Of a stretch of 64,000 bases of DNA, positions 1 to 12,530 are shown piece after piece; within the stretch, counting starts at the first letter, position 1; every line of letters begins with the position of its first letter. The position numbers were made by a program, and so were the translations under genes. The notes below the pieces were generated by a model that was not told the origin of the DNA, did not search any database, and was given only the letters and a program-made list of their open reading frames with translations. The stretch covers positions 21,578,001 through 21,642,000 of the forward strand of contig CM075989.1 of the NCBI GenBank assembly GCA_038087875.1, read 5' to 3'. This DNA comes from Malacoraja senta (lineage: Eukaryota).

Positions 1-250
1 AGTCACCTTGCAGTCTCCTAGCATCCTCCTCACAGCTAACACTGCCCCCCAGCTTAGTGTCATCTGCAAACTTGGAGATGTTTCTTTCAATTCCCTCGTC
101 CAGATCATTAATATAAATTGTAAATAGCTGGGGTCCCAGCACTGAGCCTTGCGGTACCCCACTAGTCACTGCCTGCCATTGTGAAAAGGACCCGTTTACT
201 CCTACTTTTTGCTTCCTGTTTGCCAGCCAGTTCTCTATCCACATCAATAC
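1..250 (-). mobile_element. CR1 LINE ORF2 reverse-transcriptase fragment (runs off left edge)
   Basis: Minus strand translates [66 protein letters not shown], with the [10 protein letters not shown] and FADD motifs of CR1 RT. Confidence 0.95.
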
Positions 251-364
251 TGATTTGATCATATTTGATTGTGCACACCAGGTTGATTGCATTCGTCGAA
301 ACAGGACAGACCACGTGAAGGTTGCAATCTTCCACCCCTGGGACAGGCCCTTTCCAGCGAATGC

Positions 365-627
365 TGGTGCTGTCTGTACGGAGTTTGTACGTTCTCTCCC
401 GTGACCTGCGTGGGTTTTCTCCCAGATCTTCGGTTTCCTCCCACACTCCAAAGACGTACAGGTATGAAGGTTAATTGGCTGGGTAAATGTAAAAATTGTC
501 CCTAGTGGGTATAGGACAGTGTTGATGTGCAGGGATCGCTGGTCGGCGCGGACCCGGTGGGCTGAAAGGGCCTGTTTCTGCGCTGTATCTCTAAACTAAA
601 CTAAAACTAAAAACTAAACTCAACTAA
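365..627 (+). mobile_element. V-domain SINE (HE1-like), 5'-truncated
   Basis: V core ggagtttgtacgttctc...ggtttcctcccacactccaaagac; CR1-like 3' end gggcctgtttc; (AAACT)n tail. Confidence 0.9.
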
Positions 628-1004
628 ACCATGCTTTATTGGTATTGCAGATTCGATTCAATCCTTGGTAAGTTGTAAAATTGTTCCTAGTGTGTAGGAT
701 AGTGTTCATTCAGGGTGAGCATTGGTCGCAGCGGGATCAATGGGCCAGGGGGTCTGTTTGCATCCTGTACCGCTAAAGTCTAATGGTTAGGAGGCTTGCA
801 GTACCCTGGGGCTTGCCTGGAATGGGGAGTGCTCATAAGAACTGGGCGATAAGAAAAACATGGCTCCCATTGCATGCGGGATCAGCTGGCTATTTCTGTA
901 CACTTTGCTGAAGTTTGGCAATACGCCACTGACTGTAAGAAATTAATTTCACAGTACGTTTGGAGATAGGAGAGTCTTGGACAAAATAAAAGTGTGACAA
1001 ATCA

Positions 1005-1293
1005 CACCTCCAGATTCAGGGACAGTTACTTCCCAACTGTTAATCATCCTACCACACGCAGAGAGCAGTGCTGAACTACTATCTACCTCTTCGGTGACCC
1101 TCGGACTATTCTTGATCGGACTTGGCAGGTTTTACCTTGCGTGAAACATTATTCCCTTATCATGTATCCATACACTGTAAATGGCTTGATTTGTGATCAT
1201 GCATTGTCTTTCTGCTGACTGGTTAGCGAGCAACAACAGCTTTTCCCTGTACCTCGGTACACGTGACAATAAACTAAACTGAAGTGAAACTGA
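1005..1293 (+). mobile_element. Rex1/Babar-like LINE 3' end
   Basis: Begins SRFRDSYFPTV-like C-terminal coding; 3' UTR shared with 18521, 32808, 44812, 51528; ends gtgacaataaactaaactga. Confidence 0.65.
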
Positions 1294-1755
1294 AAACATT
1301 GTTCTATCAGTGCACTCACAACAAGGACATTGTTTCAGTGTTCATCAATATGAGAATTGCCTGAATTTTCTTTGTCCTGTTTACATCTGGTTAATGGTTC
1401 TGCATACATTGCAGCGAAGGTCTGGTCTGGGTTAGAGTTTCTTCCAATAAATTCTTCCAATCTAATGTTATTACCATTGTACCAAGAGCTCCATGATCAC
1501 TGTTATTAAAGAAACAGCGTTGATGTCTCTCTCTCTCTCTCTCTCTCCCTCACTTCTTTCCTTAACTTCAGCCATTACCTGGTGACCAGTGATGGAAACT
1601 TCGAGGAGTCCGTACGGAGTTTTACATTCCTTCTGTGACCACGTGGGTTTTCCCCGGGTGCTCCAGTTTCCTCCCACACTCCAAAGACGTACAGGTTTGT
1701 AGTTTAATTGGCTTCTGTATATTGTAAATTGTCCCTAGTGTGTAGGATAGTGTTA

Positions 1756-2070
1756 GTTTAGTTTGTTTATTTGCTCAGAGATACAGCACGGAAACAAGCA
1801 CTTCGGCCCACCGAGTCCGCACCGACCAGCGATCCCCGCACATTAACACCATCCTACACACACTAAGGACAATTTACACTTATACCAAGCCAATTAACCT
1901 ACAAACCTGTACGTCTTTCGAGTGTGGGAGGAAACCGAAGATCTCGGAGAAAACCCACGCGGGTCACAGGGAGAACGCACAAACTCCATACAGACAGCAC
2001 ATGTTGTCGGGATCGAACCCGGGTCTCCGGCGCTGCAAGCGCTGTAAGGCACCAACTCTACTGCTGCGCC
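1756..2070 (-). mobile_element. Full-length V-SINE nested inside a plus-strand V-SINE (1605-2160)
   Basis: B box GGTTCGATCC, V core and (AAAC/T)n tail on minus strand; host SINE resumes at ~2082. Confidence 0.9.
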
Positions 2071-3232
2071 AGTATGCCTCTAGCATGCGGGGATCACTGG
2101 TCGGCGCGGACTCAGTGGGCCGAAGGGCCTGTTTCCGCGCTGCATCTCTGAACTAAACTAATACTGTACAGTGCAGCTCGTAAAATATGCCAGTCACAGT
2201 GGCGTAGAATTTATTTCCCCGTTTTAATTGCGTGAAGTTTGTTTCGTGAATTGAATTACCTGGTTCATGCACTCCTGTAAAGACTAAAATGCATTCCAGT
2301 TTTATGTAAACAGAACACCTAAGGAGTGGAAGCAACTAACACATCTGTCATTAATATGCATTTGTAGTGCCACAAGTCCGGGCAAGTGTGCCTCCATTAT
2401 AATATTCCACATAATTATTTACTCTACACCGAACAAATGCGGCTCAGGTTTGCTCGCATTTATTAGTGTTAAACCAGAGAATAATTTAATTAAATACATT
2501 TCTTCTCGAGGCATGCCTTAATTCAATCGTGTCATTACATTTTCCAGTTGCATTGTCATCGTGTGTAGTGTTTCAAACGAGCCTGATCAAATCTGTAAAA
2601 TCCTCATGTTTTTTTTCTGCATTTACTTTATTCGCATGTGGCTACTGCTCTTTGCAAATTACCTGAAGGTACCTTTCGCATGGAGGGTTTGCCGAAAGCT
2701 GACGGAGAACAGAAGAGAGAGGGGGGGGGGGGGCTACGTCCCATTGCACCTTTGCACAGGGCCAGGCATCCATTTGTAATGTTTAAAGACTCTGTGATGC
2801 CCTATGTTATCTAATCAATCAGCCTTCTCTGAGCTGGGATAATGCACCGTGCCACATGTTTTTGTAACAAATTACATTTAGACACTTTAAGACACTTTCA
2901 TTATTTTAACGCAGGTTATAATTAGTCATTGTCAAGGCATAGGCACAGGTTGTGCATATCAGAATAAATTTGGTTTGCTCTATCAGCAGTCACAAATGGA
3001 GCAATAAATTAGGAATAGTGGCTCATGAGGTCTCCGATCAAAATCCTTACCTGAAATCCTGGGCGTTTCTTGCCTTTTAATGGGTAAAATGAAAGTACTG
3101 GGGGAAAAATGGTGACAACTGCAAGGCATTGTTTGTTGCTTTGCCTTTAAGGAAGAAAGATTATTAATAATATTAACTCACCAACATTTCATTGAGTTAA
3201 AACTGCAGTTAGATTATGGAAAACATTATTTT

Positions 3233-3530
3233 TGGCACAGCGGTAGAGTTGCTGCCTTACACCACTTGCAGCGCCAGAGACCTGGGTTCGATCCCGACTA
3301 CGGGTGCTGTCTGTACAGAGTTTGTACGTTCTCCCCGTGACCGCGCTGTTTTACTCTGAGATCTTTAGTTTCCTCCCACACCCCAAAGACGTGCAGGTAC
3401 GTAGGTTAATTGGTTTGGTATAAATGTAAATTATCCGTAGTGTGTGTAAGATAGTGTTAGTGTGCGGGGACGGACTCGGTGGGCCGAAGGGCCTGTTCCC
3501 GTGCTGTAGCTCTAAACCAAACAAAACTAA
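3233..3530 (+). mobile_element. V-SINE
   Basis: tRNA-like head with ggttcgatcc, V core, tail. Confidence 0.9.
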
Positions 3531-3806
3531 ACTCTCAAGTTTCAAGAAAGTTCAAGTTTCTTGAGCTAACGTTCCCCTGTGGAGAGCTGGCTGAAAACTA
3601 ACTGAAGTGAATATTGTTTGGGAGATCAATAACAGAGGAAAGAGTGCAGGCCATTTGGCCCATCAAACCTGGTCCCATTAACTCATAAAGAAACTGCAGA
3701 TGCTGGAATCTTGAGCAAAGCACAAAGTGCTGGAGGAACAGTGGGCTTTGGACAAACTCCGTACAGAGATCACCGGTGGTCAGGATCGCACCTGGGTCTC
3801 TGGCAG

Positions 3807-4117
3807 TTTAGTTAAGTTTAGAAATACAGCGCGGAAACTGGCCCTTCGGCCCACCGAGTCCTCACCGACCAGCGATCCCCGCGGATTAGCACTACCCTAC
3901 ACACACTAGGAACAATTATACAATTATACCAAACCAATTAACCTACAAACCTGTACATCTTTGGTGTGTGGGAGAAAAGTTGAGCACCTGGAGAAAACCC
4001 ACACGGGTCATGGGGAGGAATTACGAACTCCGTACAGACAGCACCCGTAGTCAGGATCGAACCCGGGTCTCTGCCGCTGAGAGGCAGCAACTCTACCGCT
4101 GCGCCACCGTGCAACCC
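3807..4117 (-). mobile_element. V-SINE, full length
   Basis: A box TGGCGCAGCGG, B box GGTTCGATCC, V core, tail. Confidence 0.9.
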
Positions 4118-5068
4118 AGTACAAAGTGAATTTACAGAAAACTCTGCTTTAAGTGTTGAAGAGATCAGGAGGACAAATTATGTGTAACAAGGATGAATAC
4201 AAGATTCTTGTGCCAGCTCCTCACGCCAATGATCACTTTAAAGGATAAATCATGCTAAAATATTTGTGCAACATCAATTGATCAATTTCAGCTTCATCTT
4301 TTTCAACGTGGTGTGTAAAATCTGATCTCAAAATGTACATGATAGTTATATTCATTTCACTTTTCTGGTCAGCGGAGAATTACAGAATCGCACAACAGGC
4401 AAATATCCATGTAACCACTTTTATCACTCCTGCCCTTTTGAAAGCGCACCCCTCTACCTCTGACTTTTATCATTAAATGGAAATACTTTGTGAAAATAAT
4501 TGCACCAATACATCAGAAATACTAAGGGGTCAAATGCGTTCATGGCTATAGAGGTTGAGTGCACAGCTGTGCACTAAGGTGCAGTGCATTTGTTAATTAG
4601 TGTTAACATATTGGGTGCTAACTCTTGTCTGCACCTCTAAATTATTCCTGGGAGAAATGGGTCCAACCTGGTATTAATATATTCTGGTTGGCACCGTGTT
4701 GGTCGACATGACTCATGAACCAACAAATTTGCAGCTCGGCACACTTAAGATTGGCTCCAAAGTTCTCCATACCTGCACTTTCTCCCAACTCAGTTCGATT
4801 TTGTTCTCATTTTACGCAGATCAATTTTCCTTTGTGAATATGTTGTGGATGTTGCCTCCAGCGTGGTTTACCACCACACCAGTCGCTACTTTTTGTAATA
4901 CAATACAACGGTAAGGAGCTGGCAGTTGAATCTCGTATTCAACATTGTGGCCCGTAATTTGGTCCTCCTGACCTATTCGACACTTTAGAGCAGAGTTTTC
5001 TGTAAATTCACTTTGTAGTGGGCGGCACGGTGGCGTAGCGGTAGAATTGCTCTGCCTTACAGCGCCAG
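4070..5068. repeat. Long imperfect inverted repeat (decayed palindrome) with SINE heads at both ends
   Basis: 4118-4224 matches the reverse complement of 4911-5018; perfect palindrome agtgcacagctgtgcact at 4558-4575 lies at the symmetry centre. Confidence 0.75.
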
Positions 5069-5071
5069 ACC

Positions 5072-5172
5072 TGATCTGAAGAAGGGTCTCGACCTGAAAC
5101 GTCACCCATTCCTTCTCTCCAGAGATGCTGCTTGTCCCGCTGAGTTTCTCCAGCATTTTGTATCTGTCTTCG
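5072..5172 (+). mobile_element. Penelope-like pLTR fragment (subfamily A) with hammerhead-like core
   Basis: ctgaagaagggtctcgacctgaaacgtcacc...ccagcattttg. Confidence 0.8.
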
Positions 5173-5862
5173 GAGTGAAAATCTGTCTTTGATCACAAAT
5201 AATAAAGGAATGGCTTCACCTCAGAACTACAGTGCGGAAACAGGCGCTACGAGTCCATGCCAACCAGCAATCACCCCGTACGCTAGGACTATCCTACACA
5301 CTAGGGGCAATTTACAATATACAGAAGCAAATAAACCTACAAACCTGTACGTCTTTGGAGTGTGGGAGGAAACTGGACTGTGGGTTCCCAATATTCCAGA
5401 GAATGTCGAAGAATGAATTAATTAAGCATGTGACAAGTCACGGTGAAATGCTTTGCTTGCTTACCTAGGGTATGCAAACAGTCGCCACATAAAGAGAGTC
5501 CAATAGCATGGAGATTCACTCAAAAATTTGGAGGAGTCTAGAGAAATGAGAGGAGATGCAAGTAACTACAAGGCAGGAACCTTGAACAAAGCACAAAGTG
5601 CTTGAGGAACCATCCTCAGTGGTCAATTAGCATACTAACTTGCATGCCTTTTGATGTGGGAGGGAGAGATAGATCAGCCATGAATGAATGGTGGGGTAGA
5701 CCTAATGGGCCAAATGGCCTAATTCTGCTCCTATCACTGATGACATGATCTAGAAATGCTAAGGATGTTTTCCTGATCTCCCAATGCATCTCATTGCAAC
5801 CCTTCAACTGATTTTATCTCCATTTTCTCTGCAGTTGTAACACTAAACTCTATTTCCGCTGA

Positions 5863-6179
5863 GTTTAGTTTAGTTTAGTTTAGAGATACAGCATGGAAAC
5901 AGTCCCTTTGACCCACCGAGTCCACCCCGACCAGCAATCCCTGCAGACTAACACTATCCCACACACACCAAGGGACAATTTTACAATTATAACAAGCCAA
6001 TTGACCTACAAACCTGCACGTCTTTGGAGAGTGAGAGGAAACCGAAGCTCCCGGAGAAAAGCCATGCGGTTTCTGGGAGAAAGTACAAACTCCGTAGAGA
6101 CAGCACCCGTAGTCAGGATCGAACCCTGGTCTCTGGTGCTGTGAGGCAGCAACTCTACCGCTGCGCCACCGTGCCACCC
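5863..6179 (-). mobile_element. V-SINE, full length
   Basis: A/B boxes, V core, (AAACT)n tail. Confidence 0.9.
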
Positions 6180-7083
6180 GTTCCGCTAGCAATTTGCGGA
6201 AAGCTCAAGATTCTAGTATCTACAGTTTCTTGTGTCTCTATTGAACTTGTGTATGGTTCGACACTTGCTTCGGTGAGATACCCAAGGTGGAACTTACTAA
6301 TTTAACCGGGTCATCCCTAAAACATTGCTGTTCTGAAGCAGTAAAACCGTCAAACTGTTTGCAGAAATAAGCCTGAACTTTCCTCTTCACTGATGCTGAT
6401 GCACATTTAGCTGGTGAATCTGATAATAACTTCAGTGGGGATGTAGAAGTGTGACTCTTCCCCGCTGGCATTGCATCTGCCGACATATTAATATCTCAGC
6501 TACATCCTCCAGTGCAGTTTGCCCACTAAGTTGTCACCTCAGCAATTCCTATGCAGTTGGTGTGTAAACTAGATACTTCTATTTTTCTTAAAATCTGGTA
6601 TTGTTCATAAGTTGATAAGTCAATGGTTTCTGTGTTGTCATGTGTGTCAGATACAGTGAAATGCATAGGAAGGAACTGCAGATGCTGGTTTAAACCGAAG
6701 ATAGACACAAAAATATGTAGTAACGCAGCGGGTCAGGCAGCATCCCTGGAGATCAAGGAGAGGCAACACTTCAGGTCAGACCCCTTCTTCACTTCTTTAT
6801 TCAATTCTTTGAATTGTTAAATTGGTATTGGTTTATTATTGTCAGCTGTACCCGTATGTACTGTAGTTTGTCATATACATTGATAAACTTTGTATTGCGT
6901 GCTGTTCGGGCAGATCTTCACATCCATGCATTGGGGGGTACACAGAATCTCTGTGTAAATGCAGAAGGGACCATCGTAGCTCATAAATTAACTCCCACCC
7001 ACCCTGTCAAGCACTCCTTACTCCATCTATGGAAGTGTCTGCGACAACACATTGGCCTCATCTATCGCCCAGCAAAAGAAGCA

Positions 7084-7402
7084 GTCACAGTGGCGCAGCA
7101 GTAGAGTTGCTGCCTTACAGCGAATGCATCGCCGGAGACCCGGGTTCGATCCCGACTGCGGGTGCTGTCTGTACGGAGTTTGTACGTTCTCCCCGTGACC
7201 TGCGTGGCTTTTCTCCGAGATCTTCCGTTTCCTCCCACACTCCAAAGACGTACAGGTTTGTAGGTTAATTGGCTTGGTAAATGTAAAAATTGTCCCTAGT
7301 GGGTGTAGGATAGTGTTAATGTGCGGGGATCGCTGGTCGGCACGGACCCGGTGGGCCGAAGGGCCTGTTTCCGCGCTGTATCTCTAAAACTAAGAACTAA
7401 AA
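7084..7402 (+). mobile_element. V-SINE, full length
   Basis: tggcgcagcagtagag ... gggttcgatccc ... gggccgaagggcctgtttccgcgctgtatctctaaaac. Confidence 0.92.
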
Positions 7403-7447
7403 CTGAAAGCCAACCCTCTCAATATTCCTGCATAAATAACCTACGTT

Positions 7448-7675
7448 ATAACCATATAACCATATAACCATATAACCATAACAGCACGGAAACAGGCCAT
7501 CTCGGCTCTTCAAGTCCGTGCCGAACATTTTTTTAAATTTTTTTTTTTTTTTAATTAAAAATAAATACTTCCCCTTAGTCCCATCTACCTGCACTCAGAC
7601 CATAACCCTCCATTCCTTTCCTGTCCATATACCCATCCAATCTATTTTTAAAGGATAACATCGAAATTGCACCAT
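7448..7675 (-). mobile_element. CR1 3' end with (TATATGGT)n tail
   Basis: Minus strand FKNRLDGYMDRKGMEGYG C-terminus; ataaccat tandem tail. Confidence 0.8.
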
Positions 7676-7761
7676 CTTCGAACGTGGAATGTACATGGAC
7701 AATATCAAGTGCAAACAGGTTCAGTAAAAAAAACCTGGCCTGTTTTATGGATGGTAAAACG

Positions 7762-8071
7762 TGGCACAATAGCACAATGGTGGTTCCTGCCTTACAGCGG
7801 CAGAGACCCAGGTTCGATCCTGACCTCGAGTGCTGTCTGTACAGAGTTTGTAAGTTCTCCCTGTGATCTGCGTGGGTTTTCTCCGTGACCTCCGGTTTCC
7901 TCCCACACTCCAAAGACGTACAGGTTTGTAGGTGGATTGGCTTCAGTAAAATTGTAAATTGTCCCTAGTGTGTAAGACTGTGTTAGTGTACGGGGTGATC
8001 GCTGGTCAGAGCAGACTCGGTGGGCCGAAGAGACTGTTTCCGCACTATCTCTCTAAAGTCTAAAGTCTAAA
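7762..8071 (+). mobile_element. V-SINE
   Basis: Head, V core, (TAAAGTC)n tail. Confidence 0.88.
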
Positions 8072-8754
8072 ACGAATTAGCCCTTTTTATTACCTTCTAG
8101 CGATAGTTTAAATTTGTCATCAAACACCTCAACGATATTGATCTAGACAATAAACTATAGACAATAGACAATAGGTGCAGGAGGAGGCCATTTGGCCCTT
8201 CGAGCCAGCACCGCCATTCATTGTGATCATGGCTGATCGTCCCACAGATCCATTTGAACCTTGTTTACAACAGTCGAGTGTGTTTAGTGAACAGGCTGCC
8301 TGCAATCACTGCTAATCAATGCACTAAGTACAAACTTGATATTAAATTGCACTCCCAAGCCACTCCTCAATGGTGAAGCCCTGTTTTTAACAAAGTGCTC
8401 TGAGAGCATAAATCTTGACATGAAGTGCGATAAGGAGCAGTACAAACCTCACACTCGAAAACGGTGAAATCCCTTGAAAGCCAGCTAAGTTGCTGGAATT
8501 GCTCAGCTGGTTGTCAAACCTACGTATCACTTCAGGTCAAATCAAGTGTATTGTCACATATCCGGGTACAGTACGGTTTAGGTACAGTGAAAATCTTGCT
8601 TGCAGTAACATCTTAGACATGTGGACTCGTTCACCAGAGGAAAACATACATTGTACTTATATTATGTGTGAATTACATGTAAATTCCACAACAGTGGAAA
8701 GAAAATGAATGTGGGAAGCACAGTAGCATAGCTGGGCGGCAAAGATTATCTGTG

Positions 8755-9034
8755 ATAAAGTTGCTGCCTTTTAGCACCAGAGGCCCGGGATCGATCCTGA
8801 CTAAAATTGCTGTCTGTGCAGAGTTTGTACGTTCTCCACGTGACCGCGTGGGTTTTTCCATGATTTTTACTCCAAGACGTACAGGTTTGTAGGTTAATTG
8901 TTTGCTGTAAAATTGTAAATTGTCCCTAGTGTGTAGACAATAGTCCTAGTATACGGGGTTATCATTGGTTGGCGTGGACTCGGTGGGCCGAAAGGCCTGA
9001 TTCTGCGCTGTGTCTCTAAAGTTTAAAGTAAAGC
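8755..9034 (+). mobile_element. V-SINE
   Basis: V core and CR1-like tail. Confidence 0.85.
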
Positions 9035-9085
9035 CTAAAGACCCACTGTAGCTTGAAGGAGGTGCCTCAACATTTCAGACAAGAT

Positions 9086-9397
9086 TTAGTTTAGTTCAGT
9101 TTAGAGATACAGCGCAGAACCAGGCCCTTCGGCCCACTGGGTCTGCGCCGACCAGCGATCCCCGCACATTAACACTATCCTACACACACTAGGGACAATT
9201 TTTTACATTTACCAAGACAATTAACCTGCAAACCTGTACGTTTTTGGAGTGTGGGAGGAAACCGAAGATCTCGGAGAAAACCCACGCAGGTCACGGGGGA
9301 GAACGTACAAACTCCGTACAGACAGCACCTGTAGTCGGGATCGAACCCGGGTCTCCGGCGCTGCATTCGCTGTAAGGCAGCAACTCTACCGCTGCTC
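9086..9397 (-). mobile_element. V-SINE
   Basis: Closely matches the reverse complement of 7084-7402. Confidence 0.9.
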
Positions 9398-9506
9398 CAT
9401 TTGTTCTCGTGGGATGTGGTAGTTTGCATGGAAATATTTTGATGTATTGAGCAGGAATTTCCCTCATTGCTTCTTTGACATTTGTCTCTCATCCAATACT
9501 TAGGAT

Positions 9507-9820
9507 GGCACCCTGGTGTAGCGGTAGAGCTACTGCCTTACAACGCCAGAGACCCGGGTTCGATCCTGGATACGGGTGCTGTCTGAATGGAGTTTGCACG
9601 TTCTCCCCGTGACCTGCGTGGGTTTTTTTCCCGAGAATTTCGGTTTCCTCCCACACTCCAAAGACGTACGGGTTTGTAGGTGAATTGGCTTGGTGTAAAT
9701 GTTTTAAAAATGTCCCTTGTGTCAGATAATGTTAACGTGCGGGGATCACTGGTCGGTGCGGACATGATGGGCCACAGGGCGTGTTTCCACGCTGTATCTA
9801 TAAACTAAAACTAAACTAAA
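9507..9820 (+). mobile_element. V-SINE
   Basis: Head, V core, (AAACT)n tail. Confidence 0.9.
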
Positions 9821-10214
9821 CATCTGAATAAGGTCTAATGGGAAATAGATGGAACTGTAACCTGACCAAAATATGAAGGGTGGGTGAAACCTTGCTCGCA
9901 AGGAAACTGTTGATGAGATAAGAGCAGCTGAAGCTACAAAGTGCCTGAGGGAAGAGAGACAAACAATCAGCTTGTTGATGGAACATTGTAGACTGGGAAA
10001 ATGTGCCAACAGCTAAACTTCCTGAAGAAAGCTGGCTGCACATCATTACATTAATCCTGTTAATAATAAGACAGCTGACTGTTTAAAGAGAATTATGAGC
10101 TGCATGGTAGTGTGTTTGAAGCCTCTACATCACTGCCTGCAAGGACTGTCTTAGATCAGAGTGGCCGGTGAGGTCTGATCTATCGACTCGGATCTTCTGA
10201 CTATGATGTCCCAG

Positions 10215-10730
10215 AGACACAAGGAACTGCAGATGCTGGAATTGTGAGTGAAACACAAAGTGCTGGAGTAACTCAGCAAGTCTTGCAGCATCTATGGAGG
10301 TATGGGAAGGAACTGCCGATGCTGGTTTATACCGAAGATAGAAACAAAATGCTGGAGTAACTCAGCGGGTCAGGCAGCATAACTGGTGAAAACGGTTAGT
10401 TGACGTATCAGGTCGGGACCCTTCTTCAGACTAATATTATGGATGGGTACAATGGAGGCGTGGAGTAGGCATTTTGGGTCAAGACCCTTCTTCAGACTGG
10501 TTGGGGTAGGAGGGGAGAAAGTTGGGAAAGACATGGGGGTGGGACAAAGCCTGGAAAGCGATTGGGGGATACAGGTGATGAAGAGTTTTATTGGCAGATG
10601 GGTGGACAAAGGCTGGAGATGAAAAGGGTATCAGATGAGGAGAGAGGAGGAGTGAAATGTAAATCTGGAGGGAGGGACATAATTGATAGGGTACTGGGTT
10701 GGGGAGGGGTGCTTTGGGTTGGGTGGGGAA
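10215..10730 (-). mobile_element. Cluster of tandem/nested Penelope-like pLTR fragments
   Basis: Two aaggaactgc(a/c)gatgctgg starts and two cccttcttcagact motifs, plus the purine-rich pLTR body. Confidence 0.75.
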
Positions 10731-10732
10731 GA

Positions 10733-11130
10733 CAATAGACAATAGGTGCAGGAGTAGGCCATTCGGCCCTTCGAGCCACCACCGCCATTCAATGTGATCA
10801 TGGCTGATCATCCCCAATCAGTACCCCGTTCCTGCCTTCTCCCCATATCCCCTGACTCCGGCATCTTTAAGAGCCCTATCTAGCTCTCCCTTGAAAGTAT
10901 CCAGAAAACCGGCCTCCACCGCCCTCTGAGGCAGAGAATTCCACAGACTCACAACTCTCTGTGTGAAAAAGTTTTTCCTCATCTCCGTTATAAATGGCTT
11001 ACCCCTTATTCTTAAACTGTGGCCCCTGGTTCTGGACTCCCCCAACATCGGAAACATGTTTCCTGTCCAAACCCTTAATACTCTTATATTTCAATAAGAT
11101 ACCCTCTCATCCTTCTAAACTCCAGAGTAT
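10733..11130 (-). mobile_element. CR1 3' end, (CTATTGT)n-tail subfamily
   Basis: ORF 10818-11057 RTRGHSLRIRGKPF..RKNFFTQRVVSLWNSLP is the CR1 ORF2 C-terminus. Confidence 0.95.
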
Positions 11131-11894
11131 AAGATATAAGGGAAGGAGGGTGGGGAGGGTTGAAGATATGGGTGTGTGGATCTACCAACATGTAAAATAC
11201 TGAATTGGGAAATGGATTAATAGACCCTCTCACGGAACCCTGCAAAGGAAGCAATTAATGAACTGATTTTAATTATAGTGCTTACACCGCTGAGTTGCCC
11301 ACATATTGGGCATTAAAAACTGGAGCTTTCTGCAGCGCTGAGCAATCTGATAATCTGCTTTGATCACATAGATTTAAGTTGAGCAATTAAGGGATCTCAT
11401 TATCCAATCAAAATGTCGCCAGAAAAACTCAAAGCCAAGATTTTCTTTGCAACAGATGCCAAAAAAATGGGTTCTGGCAAGTTCATTTGGGCAAACATTA
11501 AAGAGGGATGACTTCCTATTTTTATGTGCCACACAATCAAAAGCCTATTCTTATGAAACAGTTTTGATTTTGTTACGGCTAACAGTCACCTCAACCCTAT
11601 GTTTAGCCGCAAGCTTCCACTCATCTTATGGAAGCTACAGATAGACACAAAATGCTGGAGTAACTCAGCGGGGCAGGCAGCATCTCTGGAGAGAAGGAAT
11701 GGATAGAGGACGCACCACACATCTCTGTCCTCCAGTTGCTGCAGACTTCCGCCGCTGGAAGTATACGATTTTGGTGTGTGTGCTCTATCTTCAATTGGTT
11801 ATTTCCGGTTATCTATCCCCATAAATCTTTTTAATCACTTTAAATCTCCAAACTGATCTACAGTATATTCAAGAAAATAGATTGGGTAGATTTG

Positions 11895-12530
11895 GAATAG
11901 ATCGGGTAGACGCACTGAGTCTCTTGTCCGGAGAATGAGGAATAAAAAACCAGAGGACATAGGTTTAATGTCAGGGGGGAAGGATTTAATAGGAACTTGA
12001 GAGGTAACTTTTTCACGGAAAGAGTGATGGGTGTATGGAATGAGCTGCCGGAGGTGATTGTTGAGGCAGGGACTATCGCAATGATAAAGAAACATTTAGA
12101 CAGGTAGACACAAGTGCTGGAGAAACTCAGCGGGTGCAGCAGCATCTATGGAGCGAAGGAAATAGGCAACGTTTCGGGCCGAAACCCTTCTTCAGACTGA
12201 TGTAGGGTGGGGGTGGGGGGGCGGGAAGAAGAAAGGAAGAGGAGGAGCCAGAGGGCTGAGGGAGAACTGAGAAGGAGAGGAGACAGCAAGGGCTACCGGA
12301 AATTGGAGAAGTCAATGTACAAGCCACTGGGGTGCAGACTGCCCAAGTGGAATATGAGGTGCTGCTCCTCCAATGTCCGGTTTTAGACAGCTACATGGAT
12401 TGCTCAGGTTTAGAGCGACATGGGCCAAACGCAGGCAGGTAGGACTAGTGTAGATAGTGCATGTTGGTCGGTGTGGGCAAGTGGGCCAAAGGGCCTGTTT
12501 CCATACTGCAAGACTCTATGACTGTGACTG
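11895..12530 (+). mobile_element. CR1 3' end interrupted by a PLE (12105-12381)
   Basis: RGNFFTERVMGVWNELP-like coding; tttagacag duplicated at ~12095 and ~12382; ends gggcctgtttcc...ctctatgact. Confidence 0.85.
12105..12381 (-). mobile_element. Penelope-like element (subfamily B): GIY-YIG C-terminus plus pLTR
   Basis: Minus strand LEEQHLIFHLGSLHPSGLYIDFSNFR* then ctgaagaagggtttcggcccgaaacgttgcc. Confidence 0.85.

Noticed and set aside
252..340. Possible RTE-like LINE C-terminal scrap (VEDCNLHVV...) on the minus strand
   Set aside because: Too short and single-copy here to classify
7084..7160. tRNA-like sequences with A and B boxes
   Set aside because: They are SINE heads running into the V core and tail; no complete cloverleaf or terminator
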